NCBI GenBank assembly: GCA_044440125.1
Contig: JBITAJ010000004.1
Coordinates: 160,001 to 224,000 of the forward strand
Source: Sedimentisphaeraceae bacterium JB056
GTDB lineage: Bacteria; Planctomycetota; Phycisphaerae; Sedimentisphaerales; Sedimentisphaeraceae
Direction of reading: 5' to 3'
Length of the DNA stretch: 64,000 bases
Positions within the stretch are counted from its first letter, which is position 1. Each line of letters begins with the position of its first letter. Below the pieces are notes generated by a model. The model saw only the letters and a program-made list of their open reading frames with translations, searched no databases and was not told the origin of the DNA. The position numbers and the translations under genes are program-made. Shown in pieces: positions 40,730 to 50,919 of this stretch.

Positions 40730-42179
40730 AACCCATCTCGACATACTTTTTCACTGTCCTGCGGTCGAGGTTTGTTATTCTTGCTACCTTTTCGAAGTTT
40801 TTGTGGATATTGTATAGATAGGTGCAATATTGACTGAGGAGTTCTAAGACGGGGAGGTTCTGAGCGAAAACATCTCCATTTTTCTGCATTTGAAGAGCCT
40901 GCGGGCTGTAATCACGCTTTATAATCACCCTTCGCACGCACTGCTCAAGCTCCCGCACGTTGCCTGGCCAATAATAATCGGCTCCGAGATTCTTATCGAT
41001 CACCTCTTTTACAATATCACACAGCCGCTTCGAATCATCGCCGGCAATCCGCCGTACAAGATGGGTAATCATGTCGGTGAGCTCGCTACCATCTTCGCTC
41101 ACTCTCTGAGCCAGCGAAGGCATAATAATAGTATCGGAGCAAAGCCGGTAATAGAAATCATCCCTGAAATCACCTTCCCTGCGAAGCTCATCAATGGATT
41201 TATTCGTTGCCGCTATAACCCTGCCCTCAAACTTCACGCTCTTATGACTGCCAACCGGCGAAAAACTGCGTTCCTGAAGCACCCGAAGCAGTTTTGTCTG
41301 CACCTGCTCGCTAACATCACCAATCTCATCAAGAAAAACCGATCCATGCCTGCTGCACATAGCAAACAACCCTTCATGAGTCGCCACTGCACCGGTAAAA
41401 GAGCCTTTTGTATGCCCGAAAAGTTCGGATTCAAGGAGCGTCTCGGCATACTGCGATAGGTTTATCGGCACAAACGCATCCATAAAATTCTCTTTGAACT
41501 GACGGCGATTCATATCATATGGAATGAAACCACTGCGGCCTATAGCCGCCGCTGCCGCCCCCTTACCCGAACCAGTTGGACCAAGCAGAAGCGTTGAGAA
41601 ATCCTCCATCTTATCCCATAAGAATTCATTGTAAAATTCGATATCATGGGTAAAAATATTATTCCACAGATCACAACGAAGCTTTCGCATCGCATCCGAG
41701 CTGCCTATAAGCCCGCGATCAATAAAGTAGAAGCCACGGCGAATCTGATAGAACATCGAAAAGCACCTGACCGCAAATTCACGCGAAAAACCGCGGGATA
41801 TCAATGCCCCGATAACATCATCAGCAAAATCAACCTCAAGATTGGCTGCCGGATTTTGGGACTGCCGAACTATGAATTTGTCAAAAACATCCATGAAACG
41901 GTGAAAAATATAGAAAAGAAACAAATTCCGCATCATCGGCTGATTGTCAGCCGGAAAATCAGCGATTTTTGCAATTCCAACCTTATCAATTGCCATCATT
42001 TGAGAATTTACCTCTTTTATGACCTCCGGCACAACAAGTCGCCACGGACGCTGACGTTTATCGCCAATAATCTCAAGATCAAGCTCAAAACGCTGTTTGC
42101 TGAAAGGATTTAAAAAGGCCGCCTTTGATACAAGCGAAAAAAAACGCCTCTGCGAATCTGTCAGATTTATACTTTTCAT
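40728..42179 (-). CDS. Sigma54-dependent transcriptional activator (bEBP)
   Basis: GPTGSGK, ESELFGHTKGSFTGA, FLDEIG, LLRVLQE, FRDDFYYRL, WPGNVREL, C-terminal HTH. Confidence 0.92.
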   Translation of the reverse strand: MKSINLTDSQRRFFSLVSKAAFLNPFSKQRFELDLEIIGDKRQRPWRLVVPEVIKEVNSQMMAIDKVGIAKIADFPADNQPMMRNLFLFYIFHRFMDVFDKFIVRQSQNPAANLEVDFADDVIGALISRGFSREFAVRCFSMFYQIRRGFYFIDRGLIGSSDAMRKLRCDLWNNIFTHDIEFYNEFLWDKMEDFSTLLLGPTGSGKGAAAAAIGRSGFIPYDMNRRQFKENFMDAFVPINLSQYAETLLESELFGHTKGSFTGAVATHEGLFAMCSRHGSVFLDEIGDVSEQVQTKLLRVLQERSFSPVGSHKSVKFEGRVIAATNKSIDELRREGDFRDDFYYRLCSDTIIMPSLAQRVSEDGSELTDMITHLVRRIAGDDSKRLCDIVKEVIDKNLGADYYWPGNVRELEQCVRRVIIKRDYSPQALQMQKNGDVFAQNLPVLELLSQYCTYLYNIHKNFEKVARITNLDRRTVKKYVEMG

Positions 42180-42186
42180 ACATTAA

Positions 42187-42205
42187 ATGTATATCATGTA
42201 TACAT
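42187..42205. promoter_or_regulatory. Candidate activator binding site (UAS)
   Basis: ATGTATA-TCATG-TATACAT inverted repeat (TGT-N11-ACA) about 100 bp upstream of the sigma54 promoter. Confidence 0.55.
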
Positions 42206-42301
42206 AAAAAGCAAGAATAATATCTATAACACCTTCAACCTAACACAGACAATTCATACAAACACTTACTCCAAAGCAACTTAAGTTAACACACTCTTTT
42301 C

Positions 42302-42317
42302 TGGCACGCCTATAGCT
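42302..42317 (+). promoter_or_regulatory. Sigma54 (-24/-12) promoter
   Basis: TGGCACGCCTATAGCT with GG-N10-GC spacing, divergent from the bEBP gene. Confidence 0.8.
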
Positions 42318-42370
42318 ATATATCTACTCAGTGATGATAATTTTACAAACATTTTTTGAAAGGTTTTAAG

Positions 42371-44386
42371 ATGAAAACAGAAAAGAAAAACAACATTATA
42401 ACAGCAGCAGCAGCGGTCTTGCTTGTTGGCATATCACAGGTCTTTGCCGCCGGCCTGCTCAAACCGGCCGACCCCTCACAACAAGACAGTATTTTCATAA
42501 AGTCGCACAAGGTCAACGTTGTGATAAACAACGGTTTTGCGAAAACCGAAGTTGACCAGATTTTCGGCAATGACGGCGATACAGATCTACGGGCTCAGTA
42601 CACTTTTCCGCTGCCAAAACAGGCGAGTCTCTCAGAGCTCAGTCTATGGATTGATGGAAATGAAGTTATCGGAGAAGTATTGGAGAAGGAAAGAGCAAAA
42701 AAAATACACAAACAACAGATAGAACAAGGCAACGACACCGCACTTGCCGAGAAGAATGATTTCAAAACATTCGAAGTTTCAGTTTATCCGGTAAGAGCGG
42801 GAGCTGATACGCGGGTAAGGCTTGTATATTACCAGCCGTTAAGCATTGACCTGAATATAGGCAGATATGTATATCCGCTTGCCGAAGGCGGAGTTGACGA
42901 AGAGCGTATTGCATTCTGGTCGGTCGATGACAAGGTAAGAGAACATTTCAGTTTTGATCTGGAGCTCAAGTCAGCATTTCCGATTAAAGATGTGCGGGCG
43001 GCTTCGCATGTATCTCAGGCAGTAATAACCCAAGACAGCAATGAAGAAACCGGCAGCACAGACAACTATCACGTAACGATCGACAGTCCGCAGGGAGATG
43101 CACTAACTCGTGATGTGGTTATATATTACCGGCTTGACGATTCAGTGCCGGCAAGAGTTGAACTCGTGCCTTATAAAAAAGACTCCAAATCTACGGGAAC
43201 TTTTATGGCAGTGATTACTCCTGCCGCCGACCTTCAGCGAATAAGTGAAGGTGTTGACTGGTGTTTCGTTCTCGATAAATCCGGCAGTATGGGCGGCGGC
43301 AAGATTGCAACTCTCGCAGACGGCGTATCAAAAGTTATCGGCAAGATGAAACCAAATGACCGTTTCAGAATAATCACATTCAACAATTCTGCTCATGATT
43401 TCACTAATGGCTACATCAATGCAACACCGGAAAACGTACAAAGCATCCTGAACAAAATCAAAACCGTCACGGCAGACGGCGGCACAAATCTTTTCGCCGG
43501 CCTCGAAAAGGCATACCGCAAACTTGATGACGACAGAACAACTTCCATAATACTCGTAACAGACGGCGTTGCCAATATAGGTAAAACACAGCACCGAGAC
43601 TTTATAAACCTGCTGAAAAAATACGACATCCGACTCTTCACATTTGTTATAGGCAACAGTGCAAACCAGCCGCTGCTCAACAAACTCGCTCTCGAATCAG
43701 ACGGCTTTGCCATGAACATCTCAGACAGCGATGATATTGTCGGAAGAATCATACAGGCAAAAGCAAAGGTACTCTTCCAAAACATGCACGATGTAAAACT
43801 TAAATTCAGCGGCGAGAAAGTAACAGAACTTACACCGGAGAGAATCGGCAGTCTTTATCAGGGACAACAGCTTGTGATATTCGGCAGATACAGCGGCAGC
43901 GGAGTGGTTGAGCTTGAGATGAGTGCAAAGATATCCGGTCAGCAAAAATCATGGAAATGCAACGCAACCTTTCCTGAGATCGACACCGACAATCCTGAAC
44001 TTGAAAGATTGTGGGCTATGTCAAAGATAAATAAACTCATGCAGAAAGTTCGCGATGAAGGCGAAAACCAATCACTTCGCAAAAAAATCGTGGAACTCGG
44101 CGAGGAATATTCACTGACCACAGACTACACATCAATGCTCGTTATTGAAGAAGCTCAGGCAGAAGAACTCGGATTGCAAAAGAAAAATGCCGACCGCGTG
44201 AAACGTGAGCGTAAGGCACAGGAAAACAAGAATTCCCAGCCCGCTAAAAATTACAGACAGGATACTTCAAATGGCGGAGCATTCAACGGCAAACGCTCTC
44301 CGGGAATAGGTGTTGGTCCGGTTGGCCCACTGTTTGTAATGCTGAGCGTCTGGCTGAAACGCAAAAGAAACGATTCAGAGAATTAA
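42371..44386 (+). CDS. Secreted VIT + vWA domain protein with C-terminal Gly-rich/TM/basic sorting signal
   Basis: VIT (YTFPLP...LWIDG), MIDAS DKSGSM...TDG, C-terminus PGIGVGPVGPLFVMLSVWLKRKR. Confidence 0.9.
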   Translation: MKTEKKNNIITAAAAVLLVGISQVFAAGLLKPADPSQQDSIFIKSHKVNVVINNGFAKTEVDQIFGNDGDTDLRAQYTFPLPKQASLSELSLWIDGNEVIGEVLEKERAKKIHKQQIEQGNDTALAEKNDFKTFEVSVYPVRAGADTRVRLVYYQPLSIDLNIGRYVYPLAEGGVDEERIAFWSVDDKVREHFSFDLELKSAFPIKDVRAASHVSQAVITQDSNEETGSTDNYHVTIDSPQGDALTRDVVIYYRLDDSVPARVELVPYKKDSKSTGTFMAVITPAADLQRISEGVDWCFVLDKSGSMGGGKIATLADGVSKVIGKMKPNDRFRIITFNNSAHDFTNGYINATPENVQSILNKIKTVTADGGTNLFAGLEKAYRKLDDDRTTSIILVTDGVANIGKTQHRDFINLLKKYDIRLFTFVIGNSANQPLLNKLALESDGFAMNISDSDDIVGRIIQAKAKVLFQNMHDVKLKFSGEKVTELTPERIGSLYQGQQLVIFGRYSGSGVVELEMSAKISGQQKSWKCNATFPEIDTDNPELERLWAMSKINKLMQKVRDEGENQSLRKKIVELGEEYSLTTDYTSMLVIEEAQAEELGLQKKNADRVKRERKAQENKNSQPAKNYRQDTSNGGAFNGKRSPGIGVGPVGPLFVMLSVWLKRKRNDSEN

Positions 44387-44425
44387 GAATTACGAAGTTT
44401 GCTAACATTTATAGTGAATGATAAG

Positions 44426-45040
44426 ATGAAACGTAAAGAATTATATATTTATATCGTGATTCTCACAGCGGCCAACATAGGCCTGATGAAGGGATACTTC
44501 TGTTGGCCGCTGATGTTTATTTCCGAGCAGGTACAAGCCGGTCAATGGTGGCGAATATTCACTCATCCATTTCTGCACTCAAGCTTTTATCACCTGTTTC
44601 TTGATGGAGCTGCATTCTTCATACTATACAGTCAGATCCAGCAGAAAAGCATCCGCAAGAAAACATTGTATGTTATAGGCTGCGGGCTTGGCAGCCTGAC
44701 CGCTGCAACCATAGCCATGCCATTCTTAGACAGCGTAGGCTATTGCGGACTTTCAGGAATAGATCATGGCCTGATGGTTATCAGCGGATTAGAAATGCTT
44801 AAAAACAAATCGCTCCGTTCAATAGGAATTGCAATGCTTATAATAATCGTCATCAAATGCATACTCGAAACAATCAGTGGAAATTTCGTTTTCGACTTTC
44901 TTCACAACGGCATGATAGGTTCGCCTGTTGCTGCCGCCCACTTAGGCGGAGCAATAGCCGCCGTACTCACATACTGGCTAATCGGAGAATATACAAAACA
45001 TTGTTCAAACTCTCATCAGATAAGCTTATCCAGCATTTGA
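44426..45040 (+). CDS. Rhombosortase-like rhomboid intramembrane protease
   Basis: GQWWRIFTHPFLH...H, YCGLSGIDHG (Ser) and AAHLGGA (His). Confidence 0.88.
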   Translation: MKRKELYIYIVILTAANIGLMKGYFCWPLMFISEQVQAGQWWRIFTHPFLHSSFYHLFLDGAAFFILYSQIQQKSIRKKTLYVIGCGLGSLTAATIAMPFLDSVGYCGLSGIDHGLMVISGLEMLKNKSLRSIGIAMLIIIVIKCILETISGNFVFDFLHNGMIGSPVAAAHLGGAIAAVLTYWLIGEYTKHCSNSHQISLSSI

Positions 45041-45085
45041 TTCACATCTCAGGATAAAACACAAAATCGTTAGAGGATACCAAAG

Positions 45086-46138
45086 ATGCAAAGTTGTCAT
45101 CACAGAAAATTTAATTGGTCTTATTTTTTGTTTTTGCTTTCAGCGGTATCCTTAACGGTTTCTACAGAAAAGGATAATATCATGAAACCTAATTTTGAAA
45201 ACATCAACAGCAACCTGCCTCTTATCACAGAGGCGACTCCAAACGTTTTTACTGAGAACAGCGAAGCCTATTTAGAATTTTACAATCTGAACACAAGCAA
45301 CCAAAACATAGAACATTCATTCGGCGTATTTGAATCTCACGGCTTGCGTCTGGCGGCACACATTTATAAACCGCAAAATTACAAAGCAACATACTTTGTC
45401 CTTCACGGCTATCTCGATCACTGCGGAATGCTGAGCAAACTCATAGGCGAACTCTTGAAAAACAATTTCGCGGTAGCAACATTCGACCTCCCCGGACACG
45501 GAATATCAGAAGGAGAGAAGTGTGAGATAGAAAACTTCATTCAGTATGCCGATGCACTTAGCGATTTTCTTAGGACAACAAAACCAATACTGAACTCACC
45601 ATACAACTTCATCGGACACAGCACCGGCGCATCAGCAATGATGGAGTTATTGCTCTCGAAAAGAGAAATCGATTTCGAAAGAATCATTCTTGCCGCCCCG
45701 CTTATAAGATGCGCTCAATGGAAAAAATCAAGGCTGGGCTACACTTTCGAAATACCATTTATAAAAAGTGTGCCGCGAATGTTCCGAAAGAATTCATCAG
45801 ACGAAGCGTTCCTGTCATTCATAAAAGATAACGATCCTCTGCAGACAAGATTCGTTCCGCTTAGCTGGGTCAGCGCACTGCACAAATGGAATGACCGCAT
45901 AGAAACATTGCCTGCTTCATTACAGCGAGTAGAAATACTGCAAGGATGCTGCGACAAGATAGTTGACTGGCAATACAACATGATGTTTATTCAGAGGAAA
46001 TTTCCGCATGCCGAAATCAATATAATCGAGAATGCCAACCATGAGCTTTTCAACGAATCAAAAAAAATCCGTAAAGACGTTTTCAGGCTGGTTATTGGAG
46101 AGAAAAAAGGAGTACACAGAAAGATGCTGGCTGTTTGA
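45086..46138 (+). CDS. Alpha/beta hydrolase (lysophospholipase-like)
   Basis: LHGYLDH, FDLPGHG, GHSTG, DKIVD, ANHELFNE. Confidence 0.9.
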   Translation: MQSCHHRKFNWSYFLFLLSAVSLTVSTEKDNIMKPNFENINSNLPLITEATPNVFTENSEAYLEFYNLNTSNQNIEHSFGVFESHGLRLAAHIYKPQNYKATYFVLHGYLDHCGMLSKLIGELLKNNFAVATFDLPGHGISEGEKCEIENFIQYADALSDFLRTTKPILNSPYNFIGHSTGASAMMELLLSKREIDFERIILAAPLIRCAQWKKSRLGYTFEIPFIKSVPRMFRKNSSDEAFLSFIKDNDPLQTRFVPLSWVSALHKWNDRIETLPASLQRVEILQGCCDKIVDWQYNMMFIQRKFPHAEINIIENANHELFNESKKIRKDVFRLVIGEKKGVHRKMLAV

Positions 46139-46164
46139 AAACTCAGACAGCCGGCATCATGATT

Positions 46165-46827
46165 TTACTGACCATGTACGTTATGGCGGACAATCTTACC
46201 TTCAGACATATAGATAACATCCTCGGCAATATTCACCGCGTGGTCGCCAATACGTTCCAGATCACGCGGGATGCCGAGTATCTGGATATAGCTGTCGATA
46301 TTCTCAGGCGCACTGGTTATGTGGGCCTTGATCTGACCGCGAATATTACGATTAAGATCGTCAATATTATCATCCATCTTGCGGACCTGGGAAGCGAGGT
46401 TCGCATCGATATTAACAAGAGCGTCCAGGCTCTTCTTAAGCATCACCTGCACATCCTTCGCCATATCGATATAATCAGGATTAAGCGTAACCGTAACCTC
46501 GGGATCAATAGATGGCGCACGCTTTGCAATATTAACAGCAAGGTCGCCAATCCTCTCGAGATCGCTGTTTATCTTCAAAACTGATATTATAAAACGAAGA
46601 TCGATTGCCACCGGCTGATGAAGAGCAAGTATCTTGAGGCACTCCTCCTCTATATCAACTTCCATATCATCAATATGTATATCATTATCGATCACCGACT
46701 GAGCCAATTGTGCATCACGGTTCTTAATCGAAACCGTAGCCTTTTGAACCGCCTGCTCCACATTAGAGCCAAGCTTCAATATTCTGCTTTTAAGATTCTC
46801 AATCTCTCTGTTAAGGTGTAACGACAT
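46165..46827 (-). CDS. phoU: Phosphate signalling protein PhoU
   Basis: HQPVAIDLR, DLERIGD twice. Confidence 0.96.
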   Translation of the reverse strand: MSLHLNREIENLKSRILKLGSNVEQAVQKATVSIKNRDAQLAQSVIDNDIHIDDMEVDIEEECLKILALHQPVAIDLRFIISVLKINSDLERIGDLAVNIAKRAPSIDPEVTVTLNPDYIDMAKDVQVMLKKSLDALVNIDANLASQVRKMDDNIDDLNRNIRGQIKAHITSAPENIDSYIQILGIPRDLERIGDHAVNIAEDVIYMSEGKIVRHNVHGQ

Positions 46828-46837
46828 AATTTCCTCA

Positions 46838-46930
46838 GCTATGAGCGATTAGCAATTAGCGATTAGCCATTAGTAATATTTCTACGAACTACGAACTATA
46901 GACTATAAACTATAAACTAACTAATCACTA
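46838..46930. repeat. Heptamer tandem repeats (ATTAGCR; ACTAYRR)
   Basis: gcgattagcaattagcgattagccattag ... ctacgaactacgaactatagactataaactataaact. Confidence 0.7.
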
Positions 46931-46936
46931 CATTTA

Positions 46937-47290
46937 TTAAAACACTCTGTTATCATTTGTGCCATAGATCACGCAATCAAGATCACCCGATCTTATGACA
47001 ATATTATTATGCTCGTCTTTGACAAGCTCTGCCTTCTTGTAATCAAAATTCTCGTCGACAAGATTAACAAGCTCAATTCTACCCCACGGCACAAGCCTGA
47101 TCTCAACATGACCGCAATGAATATCACGCGGCTGGTTAACGCTTCTGCCAAAATGATAAGTGCGACACTTGAGCATCACATAAGAACTGTTAATTTCAAC
47201 GACTTTACCTACAAAAATATGGTTTTTAGCTTCAGGATAGTCTTTAACTGTGCGAATTTTCCATATTTTCTCAAGTTTTAGATTTTTCAT
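46937..47290 (-). CDS. Hypothetical beta-rich protein
   Basis: 117 aa ORF with AGGG RBS between pstB and phoU. Confidence 0.7.
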   Translation of the reverse strand: MKNLKLEKIWKIRTVKDYPEAKNHIFVGKVVEINSSYVMLKCRTYHFGRSVNQPRDIHCGHVEIRLVPWGRIELVNLVDENFDYKKAELVKDEHNNIVIRSGDLDCVIYGTNDNRVF

Positions 47291-47412
47291 TTAATTCCCT
47301 GTCAGTACATCTTTAATTATTTAAACAACATTTCCAATATTAATTATACTACTTAAAATGAAGTTGTTCAATAATTTGCATTAATTTTTTATAATTTATC
47401 AAAATCAGAGAA

Positions 47413-48201
47413 TTAACCAAACCTACCTGTTATATAGTCTTCTGTCTGCTGCTGGCTTGGATTCGTGAATATCTCATCAGTACTGCCGTACTCAACAAGT
47501 TCTCCCATACAGAAAAACGCGGTATACTCACTGACTCTTGCCGCCTGCTGCATACTGTGCGTAACAATCACAATACTGTAATCATTCTTAAGCTCCTCAA
47601 TCAAATCCTCTATCCTCGCTGTAGCAATCGGATCAAGCGCCGAACAAGGCTCATCCATCAAGATAACTCTCGGCTTATTGGCAAGCGTTCTGGCAATGCA
47701 CAATCTCTGTTGCTGGCCGCCTGAAAGAGCAAGTGCACTTTTATTGAGATCATCTTTCACTTCATCCCAAAGAGCGGCACTTCTCAATGACGACTCTACA
47801 AGATCATCCAGAAGGATACGACTCTTTGTACCCTGAAGCCTTGGACCATAAGCGATATTATCGTAGATACTTTTGGCAAAAGGGTTTGGCTTCTGAAACA
47901 CCATGCCGACCTGTCTGCGAAGGTTAACAAGATTGATTCGCTTATCGTATATATCCTGACCGTTGACCATCAAAAGTCCTTCAGTCCTGCAACCGGGAAT
48001 AAGATCGTTCATACGGTTTATGCTTCGCAAAAATGTGCTCTTACCGCAACCGCTGGGTCCGATTATAGAAGTAACTTTGCAGGGATAGATATCAATATCG
48101 ATATTCATAACACCCTTCTTGCTTCCATAATAGAAAGTAAAATCTTTCGCCTGGATTACCGGTTCGCAACATTGCTCATTTTTTGTCATATCATTTTCCA
48201 T
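47413..48201 (-). CDS. pstB: Phosphate ABC transporter ATPase
   Basis: [44 protein letters not shown]. Confidence 0.97.
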   Translation of the reverse strand: MENDMTKNEQCCEPVIQAKDFTFYYGSKKGVMNIDIDIYPCKVTSIIGPSGCGKSTFLRSINRMNDLIPGCRTEGLLMVNGQDIYDKRINLVNLRRQVGMVFQKPNPFAKSIYDNIAYGPRLQGTKSRILLDDLVESSLRSAALWDEVKDDLNKSALALSGGQQQRLCIARTLANKPRVILMDEPCSALDPIATARIEDLIEELKNDYSIVIVTHSMQQAARVSEYTAFFCMGELVEYGSTDEIFTNPSQQQTEDYITGRFG

Positions 48202-48246
48202 TTTATTATTAACTGATAGCGGTCAATCTTGTAGTCATTAACTTTT

Positions 48247-49869
48247 TCAGCTTCCCCTCAATCTGGAGCTCATCTTCGAACGAATACATATAGCCACAAA
48301 ATTCAGGCACAACACAAGTAATATCAGCGTTGCCACCATTCCGTATTGTTTATGCGGAACGAGTGCCGCTATTCTGTCGCCCACTGCCATGTCATAGCAG
48401 CCGTAAGACAATGCCCTCGTCGAATCAAATATCGATTTGGGTATCGGGCCAAGTGCCACAGCACCGGTAAAAAGTATCGGCGCCGTCTCACCTGCCGCAC
48501 GGCTAAGACTAAGTATAACTCCCGTCAGAATACCGGGCATAGCAGCCGGAAGTGTAACGCTGACAAAAGTCTTGAAACCTCCTGCTCCCAAAGCCAAAGA
48601 TGCCTCTTTATATGTCTTAGGAACAGATTTTATAGCCTCTTCACTGGCCCTTATGATAACCGGCAAAACAAGAATCGCAAGTGTCATTGATGCCGTAAGC
48701 ATACTTGGTTTCGACTCATGCCCTATCGCAGGCATAAGGAACAAAACAAAGAAAGCCATACCGAAAAGACCAAATACAATACTCGGCACACCGGCAAGAG
48801 TATTGATACTCATCCTTATTATCTTTATAATGATATTATCTGAAGCACATTCTGCAAGATATGCCGCCGAAATAATACCAAGCGGAACCGCAAAAAGCAT
48901 AGCCATCAAAGTCAGTGAGAGAGTACCAATTATTTCCGGCCCTACTCCGCCAAAGAAATGCCCCGGCGTACTGTCGTCAATAAAATATTGCCAGTAGACA
49001 GTAAACTTAGGCTTAAGTATGTTTTCCGCTTTTTCCGGTAATGTTCTGAAAAAGGATTCCAGGGGCGTAGACTCGAAGATGTCAGATCGTAATGTCTGTG
49101 TTCTAATCAATGCCTTCTTCCCCGGCTGCTGCTCCCAGGTTTCCTTTATTGTTATCTTTTTTATAAGATCACGTGCATAATCAAGACGTGTCGCACCGTA
49201 CTGCTGCATTATAAGCATTGGCTTATCCTTAGCAGGATCAGGTCCGAAAAGCTTTGCCACAAGTTCTTTTACCTCGACAAGCTCATTAGTATAAATATCA
49301 CGCTTACTTAAATCCGTATCTTTTAATACAGACTGATACTTATTTGCAATAGCAAATGTCTCTGCAAATACGCTTCCCTCAAAAACCTTATCCCTTGAAT
49401 CTAAAGCCGACTGAACAAGCTCCATTGCCTCAGACTTATCATCTGACTCCATAGCATCAATGAGCAAATTTCTGACATCCTTTGCACGGCTCCTAAGCTC
49501 TCTATAAGTATCATTATCGACATTCTCGTATCGAAGCTGCCTTCCATATTCGCGATAGATATCCTTAAGATGATCTATCGAATTGCTCGTATCTATTCCT
49601 TCAGAAAAGTCGTTGAGAAACTGATATATATCGGCCTTTTGACGTTCATATTCAGCAAACTCTTTTTTGAGGCTATCTTCGTTACCGCGGCCATGTTCTT
49701 CAAATTGCAGTCTCTTAAACTCCACTGTGCCATTGAAGAAAACCGCCTTGCCGCCTCTGTACAACATAGGAGCAAGTATTATGACAAGAGTAACTATCAG
49801 CAATACTATTGATGCTGATGAACTGCATGTAAAAACTTTATCGGTTAGAAGTCTTACTTTCAAATTCAT
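48247..49869 (-). CDS. pstA: Phosphate ABC permease PstA with large extracytoplasmic insertion
   Basis: LAGVPSIVFGLFG, EASLALGA, SRAAGETAP. Confidence 0.93.
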   Translation of the reverse strand: MNLKVRLLTDKVFTCSSSASIVLLIVTLVIILAPMLYRGGKAVFFNGTVEFKRLQFEEHGRGNEDSLKKEFAEYERQKADIYQFLNDFSEGIDTSNSIDHLKDIYREYGRQLRYENVDNDTYRELRSRAKDVRNLLIDAMESDDKSEAMELVQSALDSRDKVFEGSVFAETFAIANKYQSVLKDTDLSKRDIYTNELVEVKELVAKLFGPDPAKDKPMLIMQQYGATRLDYARDLIKKITIKETWEQQPGKKALIRTQTLRSDIFESTPLESFFRTLPEKAENILKPKFTVYWQYFIDDSTPGHFFGGVGPEIIGTLSLTLMAMLFAVPLGIISAAYLAECASDNIIIKIIRMSINTLAGVPSIVFGLFGMAFFVLFLMPAIGHESKPSMLTASMTLAILVLPVIIRASEEAIKSVPKTYKEASLALGAGGFKTFVSVTLPAAMPGILTGVILSLSRAAGETAPILFTGAVALGPIPKSIFDSTRALSYGCYDMAVGDRIAALVPHKQYGMVATLILLVLCLNFVAICIRSKMSSRLRGS

Positions 49870-50831
49870 TTGCTGCCCCCCTGCGACTTCTTAACCTTGG
49901 AAACAAAAAACTCACTTATAATATTAAGTCCGAAAGTGAAAGCCAACAAAAGAACACCCATCGCAAACAATGCCTGGTAATGGTCTGAGCCTTTGGCTGT
50001 TTCACCCATGTCACCGGCGATTGTTGCAGTCATTGTACGGACAGAAGTTGATATATCCCACCATGGAGAAGGAATCTGATTGGCATTTCCAGAAGCCATC
50101 CATACAACCATAGTCTCTCCGATAGCTCTCATCATACCAAGAATTATCGATGCTATGATACCACTGTGAGCAGCAGGAATAACAACCTTCACCAAGCTCT
50201 CAGACCTCGTTGCTCCAAGCGCATATGATGCCTCGCGAAGATGACGGCTGATTGCAGATATAGAATCTTCCGCTACACTTATAATTGTCGGAAGAGCCAT
50301 CACAGCAAGTATAATACCGGCATTAAGAGCATTTGTTCCGGTATCAAATCCAAAATGCTTCTGCAGATAAGGAGCTAATACCAAAACAGCAAAAAAGCCG
50401 TAGGCAACAGAAGGTATAGCTGCGAGCATCTCAATAATTGGCTTTACTATCTGGCGAAGACCGAAAGGTGAAATATCGCTCAGGAACAACGCACACAGCA
50501 GTCCAATCGGAGTTGCTATAAGCATCGCTATTATAGTAACATAAGCCGAACCGGCAATTATGCTCAGTGCTCCGTATTCTGCCTCATGCGATTCAGGATA
50601 CCAACTCTTGCTCGTAACAAATTCCATCAGCCCGCCCGATGCTATAAACGGCCACGCCTCTTTTATCACAAAGAAGAATATCAGCAACACCGCAAGGACC
50701 GAAAATGCCGTTATGCCAAAAAGCGTCATGCGGCCTAAATGGGTAGCAATGAAACCCATTATGTCCTCTCCGGGTGTCAATAAAAGCGGCTTGGTGAATC
50801 CTGCCGAAGTATTTTTAATCTCTTTACTCAT
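49866..50831 (-). CDS. pstC: Phosphate ABC permease PstC
   Basis: LAAIPSVAYG, EASYALGA, RAIGETMVV. Confidence 0.95.
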   Translation of the reverse strand: MSKEIKNTSAGFTKPLLLTPGEDIMGFIATHLGRMTLFGITAFSVLAVLLIFFFVIKEAWPFIASGGLMEFVTSKSWYPESHEAEYGALSIIAGSAYVTIIAMLIATPIGLLCALFLSDISPFGLRQIVKPIIEMLAAIPSVAYGFFAVLVLAPYLQKHFGFDTGTNALNAGIILAVMALPTIISVAEDSISAISRHLREASYALGATRSESLVKVVIPAAHSGIIASIILGMMRAIGETMVVWMASGNANQIPSPWWDISTSVRTMTATIAGDMGETAKGSDHYQALFAMGVLLLAFTFGLNIISEFFVSKVKKSQGGSK

Positions 50832-50839
50832 ATTTCTAA

Positions 50840-50913
50840 AAGTTTTAAGTAATAAGTTTTAAGTAGAGATATGGCGATGCCAACTTAAAACTTATCACTT
50901 ATTACTTAAAACT
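50840..50913. repeat. Heptamer-repeat hairpin between pstS and pstC
   Basis: AAGTTTTAAGTAATAAGTTTTAAGT ... ACTTAAAACTTATCACTTATTACTTAAAACT. Confidence 0.75.
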
Positions 50914-50919
50914 GTTTAA

